This document shows positions 49,096 through 61,647 of a DNA stretch of 64,000 nt, piece after piece. The DNA comes from Neoconidiobolus thromboides FSU 785 (lineage: Eukaryota > Fungi > Entomophthoromycota): the NCBI GenBank assembly GCA_025603075.1, contig MU626350.1, forward strand, positions 18,950 through 82,949. The letters are read 5' to 3'. The stretch's first letter is position 1, and every line of letters begins with the position of its first letter. The notes under the pieces were generated by a model. That model was not told the DNA's origin. It was given only the letters and a program-made list of their open reading frames with translations, and ran no database searches. A program made the position numbers and the translations under genes.

Positions 49096-49722
49096 TATTG
49101 AAAAAATTGTTCTGAGTTAATGAACAGACTGTATTAGTTGATTATTATATATTCTATTATAAATAAATTTATTCGTTGTCTTTCTTCAGTTCCTAAAATA
49201 AAAACGAAATATTAGGAGAAAGAGTTAAGTTGAAAATAAATTAAAAAATGGATTTTAAGTATTCATATATGAATATATGAATATATTTGAGTCTCAAGAA
49301 TTTTCAATTTAATACCCCACGTGCTATTAATAATCAAAAATTAAAAGTTGATTAAATTAGATTGAAATGAAAATTGGGCATTTCTAGCTGTATTTCAAAC
49401 GATTAAAAGTATGAATTTCATAGTAGTTTGATCCTATAAATATAAAATAATAAATGCCCAATTTATATTTGAATTTAAGCTTTAATAACACAGCCAAGAA
49501 AAGCTGATCTCATTGGTTTTCATTTCAAAGGCTTAAATATCAACACAAGGCTTAATCAATCCATTTATTTATAGATTAACAATTTCTATGGGATTTAAAA
49601 GGGTTTACAATTAATCCTAGATGAACTTCATTTAGGAACATTAAAAATCCTTGCAGAATTTTATCTCAAAATTTAATTACTTTATTAATTTCAAGTTAAT
49701 TATTTTTCAATACTAAAAAAAG

Positions 49723-50046
49723 ATGACATCCGTTGTAGACACCTCAACATCTATTTCAACTAAAATCACAGCTAGTTGTCCAGGAAAAGTGTTATTAACC
49801 GGTGGTTATCTTGTATTAGAAAAAGAATATCAAGGTTTAGTATTAACAACAGAAGCCAGGTTTTATACTACTATTATAGAAAACTCAAATCTATCTAAAA
49901 AATCAAAAAAAGATTTAGATTATAATATCAAAGTGTTAGCAACACAATTTGATAATTTACCATGGTATTATAAATTCACTGAAAATGGATTGATGGAATG
50001 GTAAGTTATATTGTATTTATAATTTAATTTAATTTAAGTTTAAATG

Positions 50047-50079
<33 letters not shown>

Positions 50080-51699
50080 TATTAATTTTTTTACTAAGTG
50101 AACTAAATGACAATAATAATAACAATAAATTTGTATATCAAACATTGAAAACTGTATATGATTATTTCTCCGAAAATTCAATTTCACTTTTAAATTTATT
50201 TTCAAAACAAATTGAAATCCATTTATCAGCAGATAATGATTTTTACTCCCAAACTAAACAATTAGAACAACTGAATTTAACAGCTAGTTATTCCAATTTA
50301 AAATCATTAAAACCACAAAGTAAAATTGGCGGTATGTTAGAAAAGGTATCTAAAACTGGATTGGGATCATCAGCTTGTTTAGTAGCTTCTTTGACAGCAG
50401 CTGTATTAAAATGGTTTGAAAAGCAAATAGGAGAAATAGAAAAAGAACATAAGAAAGAAGACAATAATTCATTTTTGAATTTAGCTCATAATTTAGCTCA
50501 ATTTGCACATTGTAAAGCACAAGGTAAAATTGGATCTGGATTTGATGTAGCTGCTGCACTATTTGGTTCGATTAAATATAATCGATTTCCAACAGATAAG
50601 TTAAGTCTTATATTAAATGAAGAAGTAAGTATTAATTATTTTTAGTAACATACTGTTTATAATACTGTTATATTTCTTCTTAATGTTCAAAATGACTTTA
50701 TTAATATGAATTTAATATTTTTTGTTAGACATTTAATAATCTCAAGTTTATTGAATGTATTAATGATTTCAATTGGGGTTTTGTTATCAGTAAATTTCAA
50801 TTACCACCTTATTTCAAATTGGCACTTGGGGAAGTTAATACCGGTTCTAATACACCTTCTATGGTCTCAAAAGTATTGAAATGGAAAAAAGAAAACTTTG
50901 AACAAGGTTAGTAAATATACTAGTTATTATTAAGTTATGAATTTTAAAATTATACTTTAGCAACTGAAATCTATACTAAGTTAAACGGGTATAACAATTT
51001 AATGAGTGATTTGTTGGATAAATTAGTTAAGTGTTATGAAAATGATAAAGAAATGTATTTGAATCAATTACTACAATTACAAGATAAAATAATATTTAAA
51101 GTGAGATTAATTTACTTTGTTTTATGTATATTCATCTAATTCCATTTTATTATTATATAATAGAAACAAGATAATGAAATTGAAATTGAAAATAATTCAA
51201 CTACTGTAACTGAAATAATTTATCAATTATCAAATACATTTCAAGTAATTAAGATTTACTTTGATTATTAATTATTGAATTATTAACTCATTTTATAATA
51301 GAATATACGTCATCAATTAAAATTGATTTCGAACTTTGCCAATGTACCTATTGAACCTTTTGAACAAACTCAATTATTAAATCAACTATTAAAGTTACCA
51401 GGTTCTATATTTGGTGGTGTACCAGGAGGTAAAATAGAATCTTATATTTATAAATATATTATTATGAACTTACTAACAAAACTATTTATTTATTTATATT
51501 AATTCCTTCTACTTAAATCTCCTTTATAGCTGGTGGTTATGATGCTGTATTTATAATTTATATAGATACTAATAATCAACAAATTAATAATTTGCAACTA
51601 ATAATGGATGAATATAATCAATTGAATTTAGATTCAAAGGTCACCCCATTACTTTCTAATCAAGATAAAAATTTAGGTTTGAATATTATTATAAAATAA
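49723..51699 (+). CDS. ERG8: Phosphomevalonate kinase, multi-exon
   Basis: SCPGKVLLTGGYLVLE, VSKTGLGSSA, HCKAQGKIGSGFDVAAA, SNTPSMVSKVLKWK, VPIEPFEQT, GGVPGAGGYDA. Confidence 0.95.
50047..50075 (+). repeat. (AAT)n microsatellite in ERG8 intron 1
   Basis: About nine to ten consecutive AAT/ATA units. Confidence 0.85.
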
Positions 51700-51827
51700 T
51701 TAATAAAAAAGTAAACTAATTTTGTTACATATCATATACTATATTATATATTGTATTGGTGTTAATATTATATTATTATTGTGATTATTATTATAATATT
51801 ATTATTATGTTATAATTTCTTATCTGT

Positions 51828-52859
51828 TTATTTAAATAAATAATCATAAAATGAAATTTTGGGCTTTTTCCAACCTTCCTTTTTGTTAGGTTCATAAACT
51901 TCAACTGTTCGATTACCACAACTATCATCCATACCTAAATAATAATAAATGAACACATTATAAAATGATTTAATAATGTAGAAAGAGAACAATAAACTTA
52001 CTTTTTGAATATAAATTATAGTAATTACAAGTACAATGAAGAATAAATCGATCTAAAGAATGAGTTAAACTCACTTTTAATACCAATTCATCATCCTTTC
52101 TTCTTTCAATTTTAAATAAAGAAATTAATATTGCATTTAACTCCAACTCTACACAATCGTTTACTGAAAACAATTGTTCTTCTTTTTCCCCTGTCCCCTT
52201 TCTTCCTTCATTTTCCCTTCCCTCTATTTTTGCCAGAAAGCCTAAAATTTCTTTTTCAAACTCACCAATCAATCTCTTGCTTTTTTCAATTCCTTTTAAC
52301 ATTTTTTTACTATATTTATCTACCCCATTAATTCTAAATTCTTTTTTTTTAAATAATATTTCTTGTTGATACATAGGTTCCATATATTTAGCTATGAAAT
52401 GAAATGAAGGCATTGAAATAGAATATCCTGGTGGGGGTATATCTTTTGGATGTAATTGAGCAAATGGGTGGTCTTTTAAACTATCTAAATAAATAGAGGA
52501 TAGGTCAGGTTAATATAAATTATTGATTTTAATTCCATTCACACAAATAAATCATTGAGTTATTTATATACTATAACTTATTTTATATATTTATTCTTAC
52601 CATTTTCCCTTCTTTGAAGCTTCCTACTACCAATTCTATTACCAATTCTAGTATTAGGCAATAAACTGGATGGGTTTAAATAAATGGTGGATTCTGTTAA
52701 TGCATCTGAAAATTCCGATTCTGAATGATAGCTTATATCACTTGGGTGATTTAATGAAGCTTGTACAATATCGTTAACATTCCATTCGTTGGAAGTAAAA
52801 TAATTTGGAAAACTATTGGCCATGTTGATGTTTCTAAGAAGAAGAGTTAAATTTAGCAT
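51828..52859 (-). CDS. Hypothetical protein, probably 3 exons
   Basis: Two protein-like ORFs (52578-52859, 51970-52413) are linkable by GT-AG introns; terminal exon ...DDSCGNRTVEVYEPNKKEGWKKPKISFYDYLFK*. No family recognised. Confidence 0.6.
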
Positions 52860-54276
52860 GATATTGAGAAGATTGAATGGATGATAAAATCTACTTACTT
52901 AATCTGCAAAAGATAATAATAATAATAGGTCGCTATCGACGTTTGAGCTTGGATAATAATAAAATAAAACTTTAATTTGACTTTGACTTAGAATTTTAAA
53001 CTAATTTTTTAAACTTGTTCCCTTTTATTAAACCTTTATCCCTGATTGGTCCCTTTTTTGATCATTTATTTCATCGCAGTAGTCATCATCACTAAGCAAT
53101 TGGAGTCATCATATATACTTATATACTTTATCCCCTTAAACTATTATAAAATCTAATGAAGTTTGACAACGATGTCAATACTTCATATATTATTAAATGT
53201 TTGTTGCATGCGTACAACAGACTTATATTAATGACTCCCTTTTTTATCAATTTTTCAACACGGAAAAATCCTTGAAATTTTTATATTCCGATTACTTTCA
53301 AATACTTTAATTTTTACCTTTAATTTTACCATGTGCTTTCAATTTAAACTTTGATGTTTTTTATTAAATTTAAAAGATGAGATCATAAATAAAATGTACA
53401 AGTATTGAATTTTTTTTGAAATGCTGTTTTATAAAAATAAAAATTTTCAATAGTATGTAATAAAAATGCTACACTATTTATTTGAACAAGGGTTTAAATA
53501 TGACAGGTTTGTAAACGAAAGTTTCAGAGGCTTTGAAGTCCCTAGGCTAATGACGTACCAGCTGATAGTTTGATATAGAGCGAAACAAGATAAGCTCAAT
53601 ACTTAACCAGCGAAGATGGGAGGTTTTAAAGCCTTACTAAACAGCTGTAAAATTAACACTTTAGATTAATTAAATTAAAGCAACTAATAAGGTTTAAACG
53701 TATACTTTATTTAAGAAATAAATATAAAATAAATATAAAATAAATTTCAATAAAGAGAGGTTCCGGAGGAAGAGACATAAGCGCTTATATACTTTCTATG
53801 AGTATAAAATGCATTAATTAATTATAATTCGATTCATATTTAATATATATCAACTTTTTTGATAATAATTTTAATGTTAATCTTCTTTACATCACTTTCT
53901 GAAATACATTCGACTTTTACTGATTTTGTTCAATTATACAACATCAGGTTCCAGAAAGTAGGAGATTTTATTAGTAGTCCTAATAGAATACATATTGTAA
54001 ATGGACGGCTATATTGAAAATATAAAGGAATTTTTATTTAATAAGACACAAAATCAATTTCAATATATTCAAATAGTTAAAGTCTTAGATAAAACAGCTT
54101 AATTCTACTTTCAACAATAGTACTCCTAATAGCTTCACTCTCTCAGGATCTTAAAAAACATTTGATTTAAATCAAGTTAAATTTTTCTACCTTCATAAAT
54201 TGAGAATTTTTTACAAGTTATTTGTTTTTTAATTCATATAAACAATAAATACAAAATCCAGCACTATCGACTTATA

Positions 54277-54377
54277 ATATGGAACGTATTTTTGTGTAAG
54301 GATTTTACTAATAATTTTTCCGCTCAAATAATGCTTAAAACGGAAAAGTAATGAAGCCAGAAAAAACATCTCCACAT
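54277..54377 (+). mobile_element. MITE copy 14 (ATAT/ACAT)
   Basis: Full internal match; carries the GAAGCCAG variant. Confidence 0.88.
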
Positions 54378-55578
54378 AATTCTCACTTTTAAATATAAAA
54401 AATAGAACTACAACTAACCATTGATAGTTTTTGCTTATAAACTAGTAAGATAGAAGAATCTAGTTGATAATTGAATCCTTTCATAATGTTTGTTAATTAC
54501 TATCCTATAGTTTAATTAAGATGTTTGCTACACGTTGGCAGTTAAAAGGCTCTTTCGGATTCCAGTTAGTTATTAAAGTTAGTAATAGGCTGTTTGAAAT
54601 ACCTTAACATAAATTCATACATAGACTATTGATTATTAGTTTCAACATTACTAGGGAATTTATAGTAAAATTCTTTATTTTTTCCAGTTAAGAAAAGTTT
54701 ACTGCTACAACCAAAAACTGAACATTTTTTATGCGCGTGAATTTGTACTGGAGCATTTTAAACAATTTAATAGATAAACACTACCTACCATAGCCATAAA
54801 ACTCTATCAAAAAATGGGATCCTTAATAAACAATCTGTCAATCAGTTTGTTTAATTACAGTATCACTAACAATATTCTAATGATTTGGTTACTCTCTGGC
54901 GAATTATCACATTTATAATTGGTAATGCCGATAGTATAATCTCCTAATAATACCATTAAAAAACCAATCAAACTTTGTAATTATATAGAAAATGGCTATT
55001 CTCACAACTCTTGAACTAAAATAATTCTGTACTTTATAAATAAGTAATATCCTTATATTCTAGAAAATTTCATGTGATAATTACATCTCTAATACTACTG
55101 ACACTATATCATTCTAACTTACCTACTTATAGGTATAATAAGAGCAAAAGGTTTATATATCAGCATTAGCTTCATAGCTAAAGAAGTAAAAGTTTCGGGA
55201 ATCTTTGGTGAACACAGTGAACTAAGTAGTATATAGAAAATTAAGTTTACGCTATATAGTGATGATTGAATATTGGCCTAGGCTTTATAAAGAGATAGAT
55301 TAAGCAATTTGTTGTAAAATTACTATAAAGGTTGAATTTTTCGAGACAGCGTTTTAAGAGATAAAATAGAATTTTTAAAATAATACTGTAAATAATTGAA
55401 CTCTGAGCTTGGGTTATCTCGTTTTATTTTAGTTAATGCTTTCATAAAATGAGTATTCCAAAACAATACAAATACCAACACATTATCTTTTCAAGGCAAG
55501 GATAAAAAATATCAAAAACTTATATTGAAGAACTACTATCACTTATAAAATAACCACAACTTGTTTCAAGTATTTACT

Positions 55579-55685
55579 AAATAGAGGTATATTTTTTTGT
55601 TTAAGAATTTTACTAACAATCTTTCTGCTCAAATAGTGTTTGAAAGATGGAAAAAATAATGAAGCCAGAAAAAACATCCTCAAAT
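55579..55685 (+). mobile_element. MITE copy 15 (AAAT/AAAT)
   Basis: Full internal match; non-palindromic direct repeat on both flanks. Confidence 0.88.
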
Positions 55686-55839
55686 TATAGTTTGTTTATA
55701 CAAAAAATCAATGTTTTATTTTAAGATAGACGACTAAGATTATAAAGAAAAATGCTGCTTTGGATTGATAAATTAAAACCGGAATAAATAATTAACTAAT
55801 ATTTTATATTCTCACACTATCATAGTAACACTTAATCAA

Positions 55840-57106
55840 TTAATCATCCGCTAAATCAATAACCCCTTCTTCTTTAGTTTCTGTAGGCTTTAATCCTTTG
55901 TCATGAACTAAAAAAGGATTAATCATTGTCATTATGGTTATACTCCTAATTGATACTTACTATAATTCTTTAATCCCTTATCAAAGTTTCTAAAGCAAAG
56001 TGTTCCAAATATAAAGCTACCAACGATATCCAACAAGGCCAACACAGCTAAAAATAAATATATTAATATTATAATCCCAAATATCCCTTATAACCTCTCT
56101 TACCAAACCAAGTTAAAAAATATTTATACTCATTGTATAGATCCCTTGTCCAGAACCTTACTATTTTGTAAGCAAAATAAGCCATCACTAAAACAAATCC
56201 TCCTAAAGTAAATCCCAACAAATATTTATTTTCTCTTTGTACGCCAATAACACCAAGGTAAATAATCACTAAGGCAATTGGAAATGCTGCTACTGTGGTG
56301 GCTAATTCAGTTGTACTATCGTATAAAGAAAACACTAAAAATTGAGTCAAAAATCCAATAGCAAAAAAGATGGAGAATTTTAAAGCCATTAAGAAAGTAT
56401 AATAATATATAAGCATTCCTAAGTAAATATAAACATCAATATATTAATTTGAAGTTTTTGATAACGTATACTTACTTCTCATACCAATATCCGCGCCAAG
56501 TACTTTGTAAATATACCAACCAAATTCTTGATATAATTTATAACCGAAAAAGAATAAAAGTAATTGACCTAAAGCTATAAATCCAGCCAACAAACCAACA
56601 ATAAGTCTAATTTTGTCTTGGATAATTATACTTTGCACCTGAGTATATTGGAATATTGCATAAATCATGGTCATCAGATTGAATACTAAGATAGCAAATA
56701 TTTGTAGTATATTTTTAAAGTAAACCTAAATAACAATATAATGAGTTAAGATCTCATAATTTTAACAAAATTAGCAATTTAAACTTTACCGATTCAATAA
56801 TAAAGATCACTTGGAATACTTGTGAAAGCATAAACAATATCATATAAATTTGAACAGACCTAACAGTTCCATCTGCCTTATTGAAATCAGCAGTACTCCT
56901 AGCCCCTACCGGATTCTTTTGTTCTTGAATCGAGCTATTATTCACTATCATTCCATATAAAACACCTTCTAAAGCAATAACAATAATGGCTTGAGTAATT
57001 GATACTAAGATAAATATATATTGATTATACGATTTTTTCTAATAAGTCGAAATTAATGTTAGTTGATTAATGATTGAGTATATTTATTGTGTTTTGATTT
57101 ACCCAT
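55840..57106 (-). CDS. UPF0658-like multi-pass (Golgi) membrane protein, multi-exon
   Basis: IYMILFMLSQVFQVIFIIES, YKLYQEFGWYIYKVLGADIGMR, MALKFSIFFAIGFLTQFLV resemble the fungal UPF0658 family. Confidence 0.7.
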
Positions 57107-58454
57107 GGATTATTTTTAAATAGATTCATCTTTTTATAAAAATTCTTTTTAGATTATTTAGAAAGATAAAATTAAGAGAAAAGAATTAAAAAAGTTGTTT
57201 ACTAAAAAAAATTAAAATTAATAAATAAACGGTAAACGTTCTTTTATAAATGTTAATTCAAAGCCCCAATCAAATTAGAGTAATTCTTCATTAATGGCTA
57301 TTTTTATTACTAACTGAGATTTATTAAGCTTATTTGGGGATAAAACTAAATATACTTGTACCAATTTATTTATAACAAAAATGATTTAAATTAATCTGAG
57401 CAATAATTATGATATTATAATTACTCAATTTTCGATTCCTGTTTCTTTATTATTACAATAGATTACTTTTACAACATAGTGCTATAGTGTATTATTTTAT
57501 ATACTACCAGAAATTCGGACAATATAAACTCTTTTTTGAGCTTCATTATCCCTCATTTCCTCTATCTGACAAAAAATGAATCAGATCAATATAAAATCCT
57601 ATCAATTTTCTCTATTATTTTACACCTTAATCCTTAATCATTTGCCTCAATTCGTTTTTTATAAAATCTCTAATTACAGATGCTGTAACTTTATTGTGAC
57701 TTAGTTAACTGTTTATTTAAAAGATAAAATTAGGTCAAAATCTAAAAATTTTAGCTTAAGAGAATAAATAAATAACTCTAAAACTTACCACAGGTTAGAT
57801 CACATTAGAGTTGCGGTAGCTATATTATTGTGGTTTGAATAGCATGAATTTGGATTAAAAATAATGGATGAACGGCCATTTTTTTGGTAACTAAAAAGGA
57901 GGGTAAGTTATAAATAAAAAGCGGGAAAGGTGGGCAAGAGTTTATGTAGACACTTTGAGAAGTAATAAAATTTGGATATTAAGCAAGTGGCTTTTTTAGA
58001 AAATGGGCATATTGTTCAAGAGTAAATTTTTGGGAAAATGGCAAATTGAGAAAATGGGCAAAATTTATTGCGTTTTTAAATAAAAATAAGAAATGGGTAA
58101 ATGGGCAAACTGTAAAGAACTGAAGAAATTGTAAAGTGGGCATATTTTTTATAACGGTAAAATTAAATATTGCAAAAATAATTAAAGTTGCAGCTTAATT
58201 TAAGTGCATTTTAAGATATTCATCAATTTGATTTTGCCATGATGATGGTTTGGTGAGCATATTTGTACGAAGCTCTTGTAGTTAAAAAATATGGTCATTA
58301 TTTCTTGGTAGTCATTATCAAGTAGTGTTAAAAATAAAAAATAAAAAATCACATCATGGTAAAATCAAAAATACAAAAAGATAAAATCAACTAACTTTTA
58401 ATATTAAGTAACTATAGAAAACACAGAGAATAAAAATGATAACAAGAACAATGC

Positions 58455-59186
58455 TTAATTATCATAAGGTTTTTTTAAATGACGGTAAAAGATATAAGCT
58501 AAGCTTAATAAGATAACATGAATATCATCTGTTGAAAAAGAACAATGCAAATTTAATGTTCCAAAACAAGGATTTAGTACCTTTCTTTTAAATCTAGCTA
58601 ATGGCATAGGTGAATCTTTTTTATCTTCCGCATTCTTACATACAGGTACTAAAACCCAGTCGGAATTAACCAATAATGGTTGCCAAGAGTACTCTCTATC
58701 TGCTATCTTTAAATGATAATCTGTTTGGTAAGGATTTGTGAAGGTTAAAATATTGGAATTTGCCTCAGATTGATTTGAAAAATAACCTATACTCTTGCTA
58801 CGACTATGGTTGGGTAATTGTAGTTTGTTATTATTTACAAGAGAAATATAGAATTTTTGAGAATTGATCCTTTTGTTGCTGATCTTCGCCAAGATCTCAC
58901 TCTTATCCTTTGTACTTAATAAAGCGGATTCTATAGTTTCAAACTTAAATTTAAGTAATGTATTCTTGGATTTGTCTTTAATTTTCCAATTACAACCAAA
59001 TAAAGCTTCATTATAAAAATCCAATTGCAACCAAGAATCTTCAGTTACTTTTTTACAAGCGGGTAAAAAGCTAGGTTTAATTAAAAATGAAGGCTGGATA
59101 CTGGTTGGTCTATTGATAGATAAGGATCTAGTTCGCCCGTACTTTATGGCGTCTTCAGTATGATCTAATGGTCTTGAAGTTAACAT
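58455..59186 (-). CDS. Hypothetical protein, single exon; C-terminus suggests a beta-barrel (tubby/DUF6593-like) fold
   Basis: 243-aa ATG-started ORF with protein-like composition: REYSWQP...PLARFKRKVLNPCFGTLNL...DIHVILLSLAYIF. Fold call is inference. Confidence 0.65.
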   Translation of the reverse strand: MLTSRPLDHTEDAIKYGRTRSLSINRPTSIQPSFLIKPSFLPACKKVTEDSWLQLDFYNEALFGCNWKIKDKSKNTLLKFKFETIESALLSTKDKSEILAKISNKRINSQKFYISLVNNNKLQLPNHSRSKSIGYFSNQSEANSNILTFTNPYQTDYHLKIADREYSWQPLLVNSDWVLVPVCKNAEDKKDSPMPLARFKRKVLNPCFGTLNLHCSFSTDDIHVILLSLAYIFYRHLKKPYDN

Positions 59187-60454
59187 TTGTAAAAAAATAT
59201 TGGATTAATTATTAAATAATGAGATTTTTGTTCGAGTTCTAGTTGAATTTAATCTCCTTTATATATTACCTCAATCAATGCTTTTTTTTATTAATATTAT
59301 GATTACTAAATTTAGTAGTCTTAAAAAGCATCAACTTCGATTATTGGTTCCTATAACTAGAATAACTAATTAATAAACGCTGGGGTTTTATCTTAGCCAA
59401 TGAAATCATACTTAAATCTTAATGATTCTAAAATTTCAATCACATAAAGTGGAGCGGGATAATTTTTTTGGACCTAAATGAACTAAAGAGAAAATTATCT
59501 CCTTAATACCAAGTTACTAAATAAGATTAGGGACGATAATGACGTTCAAAAGTCATAAAGATGGCAGTAAACTTTACTTTAATTATTTAATTAAGATAGT
59601 TGATAGTGCAACTCATACCATCATATTTATAAAAAGTCAACTATTTTCCTCATTAATTAATTAAGTTTGTTTAAGATGAACTAATATATTAATATAGTTT
59701 TAAAAAATATTAGTGTTTAATTTGGCATCTCAGGTATCAAACAATGATCTTCCTGTCTATGAATTATAAGTGACTTGAATATCTTTTGGTACAATATCAG
59801 TTATCTTGCGAAATAACCAAGGGATTCAAATAAGTCTTGCTGGCCAAGGAGATGTTCTGAATTAAATTTACTAAAAATAGATGATTTCTAATTTAACTGG
59901 TTCTGAGTTTAAGCTTATTTTTTGTGTAAGAAATTTAGAAATCATTTAATTTTCCGATAAATCAGCTTAAAAGCCTTTTTACCTTATAAAAAAATGATAC
60001 GAGTTAGATTATATAAGAATTATTGATTTATAAAATATGGCAAGATAAAATAATTATTTGTTAAGAATGACAAATGTTAAATAATTGTTGATATAACAAT
60101 GGTTTGATGTGTTTATTCTATAATAAATTATATAGAGTTATTAGTAATTACCCATATTTATACTGTTATTATTTAATATTGATTGATATGATAAAATGGA
60201 TTTTTATAAAAGAACAAAATCAATATCTCCTCAGATAAATTCTGTTGAAAATAATTCTAGAACTTTTTTAATGAAGATCAAATAATTTATTGTTATCTGC
60301 ATTTATGTATGATTAAATAGTAATATAAATGGAGGTAAGTTTGCAGAATGGAAAGTTTAGGAAAAGTATAAGTTAAAAATTTTTGAAATTAATTATATAC
60401 ATTATATATAACATATCTAAAGCTTTCATATTAATTGAATTACTTACTTTTAAT

Positions 60455-60562
60455 ATATGGGGATGTGTTTTTTTGTCTAAGAGTTTTTATCAGTAATTAT
60501 TCTACTCAAATAGCGTTTGAAAAATGGAAAAAGTGATGAAACCAAAAAAAACACCCCCATAT
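60455..60562 (+). mobile_element. MITE copy 16 (ATAT/ATAT)
   Basis: GGGGATGTGTTTTTTTG...CAAAAAAAACACCCCC termini. Confidence 0.93.
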
Positions 60563-60822
60563 AAAGATGTTTAAATTGATTTCATTTTTTTATCCAATTT
60601 TTAAATATTTTATTTTTAAAAACTTTGGAAATATTTATTATTGACTGCTTATAGTTAATTGCAGATTTGCTATCAAATAAATAAATTTAATGCTATAATT
60701 ATATTATTAATGTATTACTAAGTTAATAGATAGCTGCACAAGAGGTATAATTAGTCCTAAACCTATAATTAATTGCCTTTATATAATATAAATAATATAA
60801 TAACAGTTTATATTTATTATTT

Positions 60823-60924
60823 ATTTAGAGATGTATTTTTTTGCTTAAGAATTTTACTATCATCTTTCCAGTAAAATAACGATTAAAAATCAAAAAAGTA
60901 GTGAAGTCAAAAAAGCACTCATAT
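60823..60924 (+). mobile_element. MITE copy 17 (ATTT/ATAT)
   Basis: Degenerate but collinear with the consensus. Confidence 0.82.
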
Positions 60925-61130
60925 TTGCTTTCTAGTTATTTATCAACTTAATTATTAATAACTTGAATAACATTAATATTTAATAAATTATTTACTTGCT
61001 TAGTAAATATTAAAACTTTGAACTTTTCTCTTATTTTTACAAAATAAGTTAGAGTTGATCTTTCACTTTTTTTATTCTTCACAAACTCTATAACTTTAAT
61101 TAAAACCATATCACTTTTTATTCATTTACC

Positions 61131-61239
61131 AAATGGGGGGATGTGTTTTTAGGTTCAAGAATTTTACTAATAAAATTTCCACTCAAATAGTGCTTAAAGG
61201 ATGGAAAAAGCAATGAAGCCAGAAAAAATATTCCCAAAT
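61131..61239 (+). mobile_element. MITE copy 18 (AAAT/AAAT)
   Basis: Full match; non-palindromic direct repeat on both flanks. Confidence 0.9.
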
Positions 61240-61647
61240 ACTGAATCATAATGTAGTTTATTATGTTTAATAAAATTCAAATGCTTTTTAACAACTTATA
61301 TTCCTATTATTTTTTTATATTCCTTAAAAATTATGCCTGTTTTCTTGTTATTAATAATTAAATTAATTAATATTTTTTATTTTACTTAATGCTTTAAAAC
61401 TATTTTTATATTACAAAAGATATTTAAATTTTTTATTAATTATTATTTATAATATTTAACAAAAAAAATTATATTATTCGAAATAGTTTATTATATCTGC
61501 TTATGTATTAATTTTTATGAACTTCTTGAATAAAAGTTTTTTAAATACAAATTAACTAAATAATTTCCTCTACATGCTAAATTATAATCTAATATTTTAA
61601 ATAAATAATTGAAATAAACTTTGGTTACTTATTATTTTTTAAATACA

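Noticed and set aside
15411-51699. BTS1, COQ4 and ERG8 as an isoprenoid gene cluster
   Set aside because: BTS1 is about 30 kb away and unrelated housekeeping genes intervene; co-location is plausibly chance.
53500-53660. GC-richer intergenic island as a possible ncRNA
   Set aside because: No tRNA, snRNA or snoRNA motifs and no convincing stem pattern could be identified by eye.
59915-59975. Possible highly decayed internal MITE fragment
   Set aside because: Only loose similarity (TTTTTGTGTAAGAAATTT...TTTTCCG...AAATCAGCTTAAAA) with no recognisable TIR; not counted.
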